Assembly: GCA_038496445.1 (NCBI GenBank)
Contig: JALMLS010000637.1
Coordinates: 1-64,000, forward strand
Origin: Trichosphaerium sp. ATCC 40318
Taxonomy: Eukaryota > Protista > Tubulinea
DNA: 64,000 nt
Direction: 5' to 3'
The position numbers were made by a program, and so were the translations under genes. The notes below the pieces were generated by a model. The model searched no databases, was not told where the DNA came from, and saw only the letters and a list, made by a program, of their open reading frames with translations. Of this stretch, positions 13,301-24,200 are shown one piece after another. Numbering within the stretch: position 1 is the stretch's first letter; each line of letters starts with the position of its first letter.

Positions 13301-14337
13301 TGGAAACAGGGAACCAACAAAAGTCATAAGATAAAGGTTGAAGATTGTTGTTCAAAACTTGTTCCACAAGCAAACAATAATTCAGAGCAGGTAGTTTGCC
13401 TCTTAAATATAATAATATCTAACCAATAATCAGCTACCAGTTGTATTAATGGTTCATGGAACAACTCGTGAAGCCGCTTGGAGTATTGTAAAAGCTGGAT
13501 TTGGAGTGATAAGTTCGTTGGATGCTGGATACTATGGTCAAGGAATCTACTTTACAGTATGTGCTTTTTAAAAATTCACCATTAACAATCTTACTTGTTT
13601 TTTTGAAATAGCGCAGTATTGAGTATGCCTGTTCATATGATACCTCTGGTAAAGACAAAAAGACACTTGTGCTTAGTTTGGTTACGCCTGGAAATGTATA
13701 TCCTGTACACAACTGCAACCAATCACATTATTGATTTGTTTATTTACAAAGCATTGATAGGTTACAGAAAACCCTCAAGATAAAGCTAATCTTGTTGGTA
13801 AGCCAATTAAAGCTGGATATCAAAGTCACTATGTATTGGTAAACAGGAAAGGACATGTGTTGGAGCAAGACAAAATAAATAAGGCAATATACGATGAACT
13901 GGTTGTAGCTCAAGGTAGTGATTATATTTGATGATGTACTTGTTGACTAAGTTGTGATTTTAGATGTACAAACTGTTGCTCGTTACATCATCACAGTTAA
14001 ACAAAAGAGGAAAAGAGCAAAGAAATCATCCAAGAAAACCAACAAGATTCAATCATCTGCAACATCAGCAGATGTTGACAAATCTGGTTCTGATGACTTG
14101 TCTGATTTTGATGATTGTGACAACTTTACCTCTAAGCGGTACAAAATAAGTGTGCATCAATCTCTTTCCTTACTTACTTTTGTGCAAAGAAAATTATGGG
14201 CCTCTAGCTATTTGAATGAGCACCAAATACAACAACCAACCACATATGACAAGCTATTGAAAGAAAACAAAAGATTAACACAAGTTTACACAAGACTTTT
14301 GGAAATCAACACTACACTAAACCAGCAATTAAAATAA
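10373..14337 (+). CDS. Ankyrin-repeat / UBR-type zinc finger / PARP-like ADP-ribosyltransferase, paralogue A (multi-exon)
   Basis: Nine exons of about 99 nt each encode one ankyrin repeat (e.g. VRNGHIEVAELLLNSGANIEAIDKNGHTPLHDA), separated by phase-1 introns. Cys/His pattern WCT..FECRDC..LCSYCVTQH.H..FCECKDC. ART motifs VHGT, GYYGQGIYFT, LVLSLVTPG, YDELVVAQ. C-terminal coiled coil. Confidence 0.85.
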
Positions 14338-14688
14338 ATTGTCAACACATGCACAACACAAACCTCAAAATGTCTTGTATTTATTACTGTTACAACTGAA
14401 AGTCTATATTAACATAAACACTTGTTATTTTGCTTTTTGTTGCTCATCTAGTGTTTAGAAACTACATTACTACACAAATTGTTTTTTACCAAAATCCTGT
14501 GCTGCCAACCAACATCTTAATAATTTGGTTTTCAACTGCATCAATGCCAATACAGATACTGTATGTAAAGCAAAATAGTTGAGAGTAGTTGTAATAGGTA
14601 TATTCTTGTATTAAGCGTCATGAGTACTTTAAGTGATTTGTACAACTTTCAGTATTGAATATAAAGTTTGTAAGGCAAAGCTTTGTTT

Positions 14689-14701
14689 AGTTTCAGCCCT
14701 G
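14689..14701. mobile_element. Orphan right-end TIR (agtttcagccctg) of the CAGGGCTGAAACT family
   Basis: Identical to the terminal 13 nt of the element ending at 17589. No matching left end was seen. Confidence 0.55.
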
Positions 14702-15837
14702 AACAAAGTCAACAAGTAGTAAATGATAAACAGTGGTGCAACAGATGGTTGCTAGTCCCTATACTAAGGTTGGAAGGTGGAACCACCGTGCTTTTATTGA
14801 ACAAGGTCTTACACAGCCACAAAGGCTCGAAAAGCTAGTCTTTGGCCTCCTCAGAAGAGGAAGTAGACAGGCCAGTCAAGTCAATACAACTTTCAACATC
14901 AGGATCAACATCAGGTGCAACCTCATGCTCAAAGTACTTCAAGGTGCTCTTTTGATGCTTAATAATGCATACACCCAAGATACAGTATGTTTGTTTAACA
15001 CCCTTGAAGTAGTGGCCTCTACAAGGACTTCTTTTCCTGTGAAAGTGGATCAAACAGCTACAAAAAAAAACAATGTCAATACAATACAATATATTGTGTT
15101 ATTAAAAATAATGTTATGGTTGTTCCTACCTATGACATGGGACTCAGCAATGCTTTTGCTACATGGCAAAGGTACGTTAACCTAGTTTTGGCCGGCTTAA
15201 ATTGGCTACATTGTCTTGTTTACATGGACGATATAAATATTTTTTCCAAAACTTTTGATGAGCACATAGAAAAATTGTGCCTTGTTTTGGAGCATTGTAA
15301 ACAATTTGGGGTTACCCTTAAACCTAAAAAGTGTAAATTTTTGCAAAAAGAAGTAGAGTACTTAGGTCACATTGTCTTGTATGACGGTGTAAAACCTTGT
15401 CCTACTAAAATTTCAGCAAATAAAAATACAAAACCAGGGCTGAAACTCAACAAGGCATTTTTGAACAATGCCTAGGCATTTTCATTCAAAAATGCCTTAT
15501 TTTTTACAAAAATACCTAGTTTTTGCCTCATTCAAAAAGGCAAATACAGGGCAATGCCTTATTTTTTGCTCCAAAAATGCCTTATATTTGATGAAAAATG
15601 CTTGCATCTGGTACACAAGATTGCAATGGTTTTGCTTGCATATTTTAAGGAATTATGCCTTCAAATTAGGGCATAACTCATGCATCAATGTCTTATTTTG
15701 AAGGCAAAAAGACGGCATTATCATAGTCTACAGTGCCTAATAAACCAGGGCATTTTTAGGTAATAACACAATTATTTATTTTATAATACAGTACACATAC
15801 AATACACAAAACTCCTAAGTCCACATTTGAAAAAACC

Positions 15838-16230
15838 TTAAGGGGGAACTTAATAGCACTAAGCTACCATTGGCAGCGTATTTCATTGCTATCATGCACA
15901 TGAAGGGGGAACTTATGACTATTAAGCCATCCACCATTGGCAGCGTAATACAGTTATTGTATGTGAGAAATAAACTTGTTACTTATGAGGGCAATCTAAC
16001 TGTTAAGGCACTCACTTAATGCACTAATTGTCATTATTACTTACCATTGGCAGCGTATTTGACTACTTTAAGTTAGTTGTGTTGTGAAATAGTTCACAAC
16101 CTACATGTCATCAATACACAACTTCTTTTTTTCTAAAAATCATCTTTTATTGGGGTAATCTCACTGTTAAGGCACTCACTTAATGCACTATTTATCATTA
16201 CTTACCATTGGCAGCGTATTAGAGCGCTTT
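15838..16230. repeat. Short internal direct repeats (ccattggcagcgta x4; ctgttaaggcactcacttaatgcacta x2) inside the TIR element
   Basis: Motif copies at about 15867, 15934, 16043 and 16205. The second motif is at about 16000 and 16164. Confidence 0.8.
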
Positions 16231-16416
16231 AAGGCAACAGTGAAGCCCATGTGAGCTGCAAATAACCTGAGTTTTCTGGGAAATCTTTGAGCTGGTATCA
16301 AAGATTTCCACCTTGTGATTACACAAAACTGGTTCTTTACTATTACATTACAGTTTTATTATTGAGGATGTTTCACTAAGTTTCACTAATGGGGGTAATC
16401 TAAGTGTATTAAGTAA

Positions 16417-16956
16417 GGGGGCACACTGAGATGTGCAGAAATTGTTCAAATCAGCTCAAATTTTCAGGCCTATATCTTTGACATGAGGGCTTTTGAAAAA
16501 CCCAACTTTTAGCGTGTGCCTTTTTGTGACATTTTTTTGTTGCAACAGTTTTTTTTTTTCAAAAAACGACTGCATTTTTTCAATCTTTCTGTTTAAAAGC
16601 ACATTTGTTCAAAACTACATTACCCATAGCATCTACACACATAGTACATGCTATGGGTACACTTTCAAAAAGAAGTCTCAATTTGAAAGCAAAAAAAAAT
16701 AACAAATTTGCTCTACACCACCTAAAATGCGTCTTCAAGTGGGGAAAAAGCGGACGAATAGCTTTAAAAGTTGTTTCAAATCCATGTAATTAAGGTCAAA
16801 AAGTGGAGAAAAAAATGAAATTTCGGGCTTTGAACTCAAGTAATCAATCTACACAGTTCGCTATCCTATTTTTTCAGCGTTTTACGCGATTTTAGATGGG
16901 TTTAAAGCCCGAAGATGCCCATGGGGTTAAGGTCATTTCATTCTCAGCATGCCCCC
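16417..16956. mobile_element. PIF/Harbinger (Tourist)-like MITE nested in the CAGGG element
   Basis: Left end gggggcacactgaga versus reverse complement of the right end gggggcatgctgaga (13/15 match), flanked by TAA and TTA. Confidence 0.7.
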
Positions 16957-19316
16957 TTAAAGAAAATATGAGATGGGGAAAAAAAAAAAAACCAAAAACT
17001 TACCTTGTAGTGTTAGAATTCCGCGGTCCTGGAAATATCGCGGAGTTCACTCCTACTACTGTTGTAGGTGAAATAGGGTGCTGCGGTTCATTTGGGCGTG
17101 GTTTCGTCTAATTTCATGAATTACTAAGAGCGCTAGATGCCTGTCTATATAAAACGTCAGTAGGTGATGTGAAAAAAAAAGTGTAAAAGTTGTTTGACTG
17201 TTACTTACCTTAAACCACTTCCTTAATGTGATCAGTCCTATGATATAGTATAGACAATGCCTTATATATGGATTAAAATACAAGGCATATAATGCTTAAA
17301 AAAATAAGGCATAATAAAGGCATAAAGTACTTGCAATACAGAGCATTACTTGATTTTATGCAATGCCAAAAAATGCAATACAAGGCATTACCTGATTTTA
17401 TGCAATGCCAAAAGATGCCCAAAAATGCCTGATTTTAATGCCTTTTTGATGAAAGCATTGCCTTTTTGTAAAAATGCCTTACTCTATTGGGCAATGCCAA
17501 ATGCAAATGCCTTGATTTTGCCATCAGATGCCAAATGTTAGGAATATGCATCATTTTTTAAGGCAATGCCTAGCTGAGTTTCAGCCCTGACGTCCTCACA
17601 CTAAAAAACAATTATGTTTGTTTTTAGGGCTGGCAAATTATTACAGCTGTTTTGTTAAAGAGCTTGCAACAATTGCAGCACTGTTGCACATTTTGATTAA
17701 GAAAAACACTGTGTTCAGGTGGTCCAATTTACAACAGGACGTCTTTGAAAAATTAAAGATTGCTCTAGTTAATGCGCCTGTGCTGGTGTATCCTGACTTT
17801 AACAGACTCTTTGAGTTACACACTGATGCCAGTAACTATGGTATTGGTGCAGCTCTTGTGCAGAAAGATGACGAGAGAGATGAACAGGTTATAGCATATT
17901 ATTCAAGAGCGCTATTTCCCACAGAACAAAGGTACCACACTTTTTTGCAAGAGGCGCTTGCTGTAGTAGCAGCTTGCCACAAATTTCATGTTTACCTTTT
18001 ATATAAACCTTTTGAAATTATACAGACCACAAAGCGTTATTACAATTTACTAAAACTTCTAATCCTGACGCTAAATGTGTCAGATGGTCTATTTATCTCT
18101 GAATTTGATTTTACTATTCATCATCACTTTAAATTCTGACAGTGATGTGTTGTCTTGGCAACCTATTGTTAGTATGCATATGTTAATGTTTTTTCTTCAC
18201 AAACTAAATACAAAACAATTCCGGATACGCTTTATGTGTTACTTTTATCAACAACATTTGGATCCAGACCTTTCTAAACTCATTTATTTTTTACAAAATC
18301 CTACAGCTTTTGAAAAATATGATAACTTTTCTAAATTAAAAGCTGCTACTAAATTCTTACATCTTGATGAATTCAGCATTCTTTGTAAAAATAGGAAACC
18401 ACAAGTGCATGAAGAAAATGTGCCTCAAACTACTTTGGTGGTTCCTAAAGATCTTATCCCTGAGGTCCTTGAGCAACATCACAACACGCCTACGGCAGGT
18501 CATCTTGGCTTTAATTGTACCTATAAAGCTGTTAGATGTTGTTTTTGGTGGAAAGGCATGGTAAATTATTTTTCGCGGTATGCTATTGCAGTACCAATTC
18601 GAAATAAGAAAAGTAAAACAGTAGCACATGCAATTTACAAAAACTTAATTTCAATTTATGGTGCTACTGAAAATTTTATTTCTGATAGAGGTGGAGAGTT
18701 TGAAGGTGTTGTTGATGAGTTAGCAAAATTGGTAAATGTTGAACAACGATGTATCGTAGCTTATCATCCACAAGCCAACGGCTTAGTTGAACATTTTAAT
18801 CACATCCTTTCTCAAATGTTAAAAATGTTTACCAATATGTACCAAACTAATTGGAACAAATTTATTTCTTCTTGTACTTTTGCATATAACACTAGCACAC
18901 AGAACAGTGTCAAACTCCCTTTCATGTTATCTTTGGCAGACCAGCAATCAAGCCATCCAATCAAGCTCTAGGTTTATATCCTAGTTTGCGCCTAAAGGTG
19001 GATGAGTGGGTGAAGCAACTTTCACAATCTAGTAAGAAATCCCACAAACTTGTCAAAGAAGCTAGAAAGAAAGCTCATAAACGTCAAGCAAAACATTTTA
19101 ACAAAAGAAGAAATCATGTCAACTTTAAAACAAGTGACCAAGTCTTGCTCTTAAGGATGCACCCTATCGAATATGAGTTTGCAAAGAAATTTGTACACCA
19201 TCAAGAAGGACCATTTACAGTAGTGAAGAGAGTAAACAATGATTATTGGTTGAAAGATGAAGATGGCATTTCTTTTGATACACCATTTCATGTTGAAAGA
19301 CTCAAAAAGTACAAGA

Positions 19317-19775
19317 CAGGTCTAAAAATTAAAGCGGTATATACCAGTTTTTTTATGGTATATACCACTTTTTTCAACAAAATGGTATATGGACTGGTAT
19401 ATACCATTTTGAAATACCACTTTTTTTAGAAATTAAGTGAATAAAAAAGTGGTATATGGAAGTGGTATATACCACTTTTCATTCACATAATGAGACCTTC
19501 TAAAAATGGTATATAAAGTGGATATACCACTTTTTTATGGTATGTGGTATATACCACCTTTTATTGGTATTTCCCACTTTTATGGTATGCTTCAAAAAGG
19601 TCATTAAGGAGCTTTTTGGTAACTTGTAACTCACAAACTGTGTATTAAATAAAGTGTATTTTCTGGAATTGCAGGTGTACCATAAGTAGGCATAAAGTGG
19701 TGTATAAGAGTGGTATATACCATAAAAACTGGTATAAAAAAGTGGTATAAAAGTGGTATATTTTTTTTAGACCTG
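19317..19775. mobile_element. MITE with CAGGTCTAAAAA termini and dense internal GGTATA/TATACC motifs, inserted just after the gypsy GPF region
   Basis: caggtctaaaaa ... tttttagacctg perfect inverted termini. The interior is packed with ggtatatacc-type motifs in both orientations. Confidence 0.85.
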
Positions 19776-21216
19776 TGAAAAGACCCAAACACTTACAACC
19801 TAAAAAGTCTATACTGATCACTGACCAGTTAGAGGAAATTATCATACCTGAATCAACTCCTGACTCTTCTGGTAACCCAACATCTGTCAAGAATCAACGA
19901 CTATGTTGCACATGAACTCCTGGGATTTAAAGAACTGAAACATTTATTGTTATTGATGCAAAGTACTTTAAAGAAAAATTGCTAAATCTGAAGCGAATTA
20001 AAGTATATCATCAACAACTAATTAATGTTTTAGTGGATAAATCAAGTGATTTCATAAGGTCCAACACGCAACAAGATTACTTCAGCAAGAAGATAAAGCA
20101 GGCAAAGTCAGCTAAAGCGTTGGTACAATTCGTGACAGATCTCGTTGAGAATTTTAAAGAAAAATTTTCATATGAAATTGGTAAAGCTACTGCTAAGGAT
20201 TTACACAGTAGTAACGCCATAAATTAGAGCATTTGCTCTGTTACAATAACTCTCACAGGCGCTAGAGCCAGATTATGTAAGCACTCCACTTTTAAAACAA
20301 AATTATTTGGTGTTAAAAATAGTTTTTTATGATTGACGCTTGAGTAAATAGTAGCTATACATACTGTAAATAATATATAGAGAGCACGAAACATTCACCA
20401 GCAGTGATGAGGCCTACAATGACTCTAAAAAATAGTGTAATTTTGTGACTTTTTAAGCATTGTTTAGCTAAGTTATACTTATTGCACACATTATCATTAT
20501 GTTTTCATCACTTTGAGTATGTGTCAATGGTCGTATTTAAAAGCCTCAAAGCATGTTGTTGAAAAGTAAACGCACAATAAAGTGCCTCAAATGTGGGAGT
20601 TTGTTGAATGATATTTGATGAAACAAAAGGTTTACTATTCTACACTGATGTTATATGTTATGTTCTACACTTTTCTTCATTAGAAAATGAGTATATGGCA
20701 TAGTGGTACCACTATGATCAATTGTAAAAATATGCATGCCAATAGCGTTTGCACCAAAAGTACTCACTTACATTTTTTTTTTCCCAAAGTTATCAAACAA
20801 TCAATTTTACATCTCAGTTATTGCCACCGATATACTCACATTTTGAATGTTTTTAGCACTACTCCTCAAAAAAATGCTGTATTTTATAACGAGCAACTTC
20901 AAATACTTAAAAGCGGTTTTACAGCTGTTTAAAGCATTGTTAATGAAGAAAAAATTAAAAATGCTAGTGTGGCTTTTCGCTTGTTTTTTTAACGCATTGT
21001 CTCTGAAAACAGCACTCAAAAAAGAGGGAAAGTATGCGCCAAACGATAGAGAGTGTTCTATAGAACTCAGAGTGAGCATTTTTCGTGAACAAACCAAAAA
21101 AAGCAAGAGTGTAAAAAATAACCATAAACAGAAGCTCAAATTCTGATGTACACTCTATAAACGTCTTTGCTAGTGTTACATACTACTGCATCAATGGAGT
21201 TCAACTCAGCTCTGAA

Positions 21217-24200
21217 CTACTTCTTTTTGTGTTTATTAATTTGATGTTGCAAAGCGTTGTTATTTTTCTCTAATTCTAGAATGGCTTGTGTAAGTTCTTC
21301 ATTTGCTTTCAGCAGTTGTTGTTCTAACCTGCCATTTGCAGTTGGTTGTTGTATTTGGCGCTCATTCAAATAGCTAGAGGCCCATAATTTTCTTTGCACA
21401 AAAGTAAGTAAGGAAAGAGATTGATGCACACTTATTTTGTACCGCTTAGAGGTAAAGTTGTCACAATCATCAAAATCAGACAAGTCATCAGAACCAGATT
21501 TGTCAACATCTGCTGATGTTGCAGATGATTGAATCTTGTTGGTTTTCTTGAACGGTTTCTTTGCTCTTTTCTTCGTTTTGTTTGGTTTTTTTTTAACTGT
21601 GATGATGTAACGAGCAACAGTCTGTACATCTAAAATCACAACTTAGTCAACAAGTACATCAAATATAATCACTACCTTGAGCTACAACCAGTTCATCGTA
21701 TATTGCCTTATTTATTTTATCTTGCTCCAACACTTGTCTTTTCTTGTTCACCAATATATAGTGACTTTGATATCCAGCTTTAATTGGCTTACCAACAAGA
21801 TTGGATTCATCTCGAGGGTTTTCTGTAACCTATCAATGCTTTGTAAATAAACAAATCAATAATGTGATGGTTGCAGTTGTGTACAGGATATACATTTCCA
21901 GGCGTAACCAAACTAAGCACAAGTGTCTTTTTGTCTTTACCAGAGGTATCATATGAACAGGCATACTCAATGCTGTGCTATTTCAAAACAAGTAAGATTG
22001 TCAATGGTGAATTTTTAAAAAGCACATACTGTAAAGTAGATTCCTTGACCATAGTATCCAGCATCCAACGAACTTATCACTCCAAATCCAGCTTTTACAA
22101 TACTCCAAGCGGCTTCACGAGTTGTTCCATGAACCATTAATACAACTGGTAGCTGATTATTGGGTTCAGAAACGTCATGGATACAAGCATTGGAGTTCTG
22201 TATGAGATTTACAGCATGTTTGGCAACTCTATTTTTGTGATTATTGTGCTTGTGATCTTTTTTGTTCCATGTGTCTGGTAGGTCTCTAATTAAAACAGCT
22301 CTGTTATGAATTCGCTTGTAGTAATAATAATTACAAACATACTGATGTCTTTGCTTCAGCATGGTATTGTATGTGCCAAAGTTTTGAGTCAATATATCAT
22401 TGCAAACAAGATGAGCTTCTACAATATCATATTTATCATAGCCATGCATCGTTGACATTTTTTTGTAAAGAAAGTCTAGTTCTCTCTTGGCTACAATATC
22501 ATTTTCAAGAAGATTCAGTGTTCTGAAGTGTGTTGCATTTTTAATTGTTCCCCTTTTGTTTGACAAAAACAGTTAAACACGAGTTAATAAATACGAATGT
22601 AACTACTCACTCGTTTTTGGATCTATCCCAGGTGTGGGCATAATGTAATCTTGGATTTAAGTTCCATGATGTCTCACTTTTTAATCCTAAAAGTGTTATT
22701 GTCAAATATTGAAATATAACAGTGTTTTTTTACCTATTATGGAGAGTTTACCTCCATGATTTGGTGAGAAGGTATTAATGAGTATGTGATTGCAAGCTTT
22801 GCATTCACATTTTTTGAAGCTACCAATTTGCTTTGAGAGCTTCTACTCAAACTGTTAGCAAAAATAAATACAAAACAAATACGTGGGTTTGATTATGTTG
22901 AGTAGCACAATAACTGCACAAATACAATCCATATTGAGAACAATCATAGCAAGCAAACGCTGTATAATGTTAATAAAAGAAATACCAACTAAACACATAC
23001 TATCTTGCTTGGGTACTTTTTGAAGAGAATTTGTGCACCATCCTTCTTTTACACACAGTTCAATGACAGACCCAGGCTGTGTAGTACTACTCCACATTTT
23101 ATCTGGTAAGTCGGACAGAATTCCTTCCATCAGCTCTCCTTGCTGTAACCAAAAGCTCTAAATTAAACAAAATAAGTTAATGTACGTTTGTATTTTGTGT
23201 GTTTGTACCGAAGACTGTACAAACATGGGACTGTATGTACAAATCAAATGGCAAATGCCTTTTTGCATTGCAACTTTAAAATATGGACGTGTTGGCTTTG
23301 TGTGATTAGTGCTTAATTGTTGGTAAAAAGGCCATACCAAGTATTGCAACCATTTTGCAAGATTGAGTCGCCACTGTGGTATCTCTTTCATGTGTGCACA
23401 TGATAACCATAGTCCACGACTGCATTGGTCATTTGGAAACAGTGTCAAAAGAGTTTCAAACACATTAATGAATGCAGGATCATCATAAACCACCTGTTTT
23501 AGTATCTTAATTAAAGCCTGTTTCCATTTTATAGTTATTAATGATATGTCTTTAGTTTGTTTCAATAAAGTCTGCAAAACTGGGTTGTGTCCAGATAATG
23601 CTAATATGAATTAGGTGACTTCAAATCAAGTCTATATACCTGCAACAATTAAAGCAGTACGTCCATTATCTTGTTTGGCTTCAATGTTGGCTCCTGATTC
23701 AAGTAATACTTTTATCACATTATCATGTCCTTTAATGGCTAACAATTAAAGTGTATGTGAGTAACAGATGTTGTTATGGTTAAGCATTATCATACCTGCA
23801 ACAATTAAAGCAGTACGTCCATTATCTTGTTTGGCTTCAATGTTGGCTCCTGATTCAAGTAATACTTTTATCACATTATCATGTCCATTAATGGCTAACA
23901 ATTAAAGTGTATGTGAGTAACAGATGTTGTTATGGTTAAGCATTATCATACCTGCAATAATTAAAGCAGTACATCCATTATCTTGTTTGGCTTCAATGTT
24001 GGCTCCTGATTCAAGTAATACTTTTATCACATTATCATGTCCTTTAATGGCTAACAATTAAAGTTAATGTGAGTAACAGATGTTGTTATGGTTAAGCATT
24101 ATCATACCTGCATCAATTAAAGCAGTACATCCATCATTTTCTTTGGCTTCAATGTTGGCTCCTGATTCAAGTAATACTTTTATCACATTATCATGTCCTT

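Larger units (their letters stand above)
15435..17589. mobile_element. Non-autonomous TIR DNA element inserted in gypsy RT (CAGGGCTGAAACTCA termini, 2-bp AC target duplication)
   Basis: 15-bp perfect and about 25-bp imperfect TIR, with many subterminal AAGGCA/TGCC motifs. Removing the element plus one AC restores the frame KNTK-RPHTKKQLCLFLGLANYY. Confidence 0.88.
15116..19920 (+). mobile_element. Decayed Ty3/gypsy retrotransposon pol (RT-RNase H-integrase-GPF), interrupted by TIR insertions
   Basis: RT LVYMDDI and KCKFLQKEVEYLGH; FLGLANYY; RNase H LHTDASNYGIG and EALAVV; integrase GHLG, SDRGGEF, YHPQANGLVE; GPF/HVERLKKY. The order RT-RH-IN is Ty3/gypsy. No LTRs were recognised. Confidence 0.9.

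Noticed and set aside
14733-15185. Gag/protease of the gypsy element
   Set aside because: No zinc knuckle or DTG/DSG motif was recognisable, so it is left unassigned.
19979-21146. Extra ORFs or an LTR downstream of the gypsy element
   Set aside because: The ORFs are short and low-complexity, and no matching upstream repeat defines an LTR.
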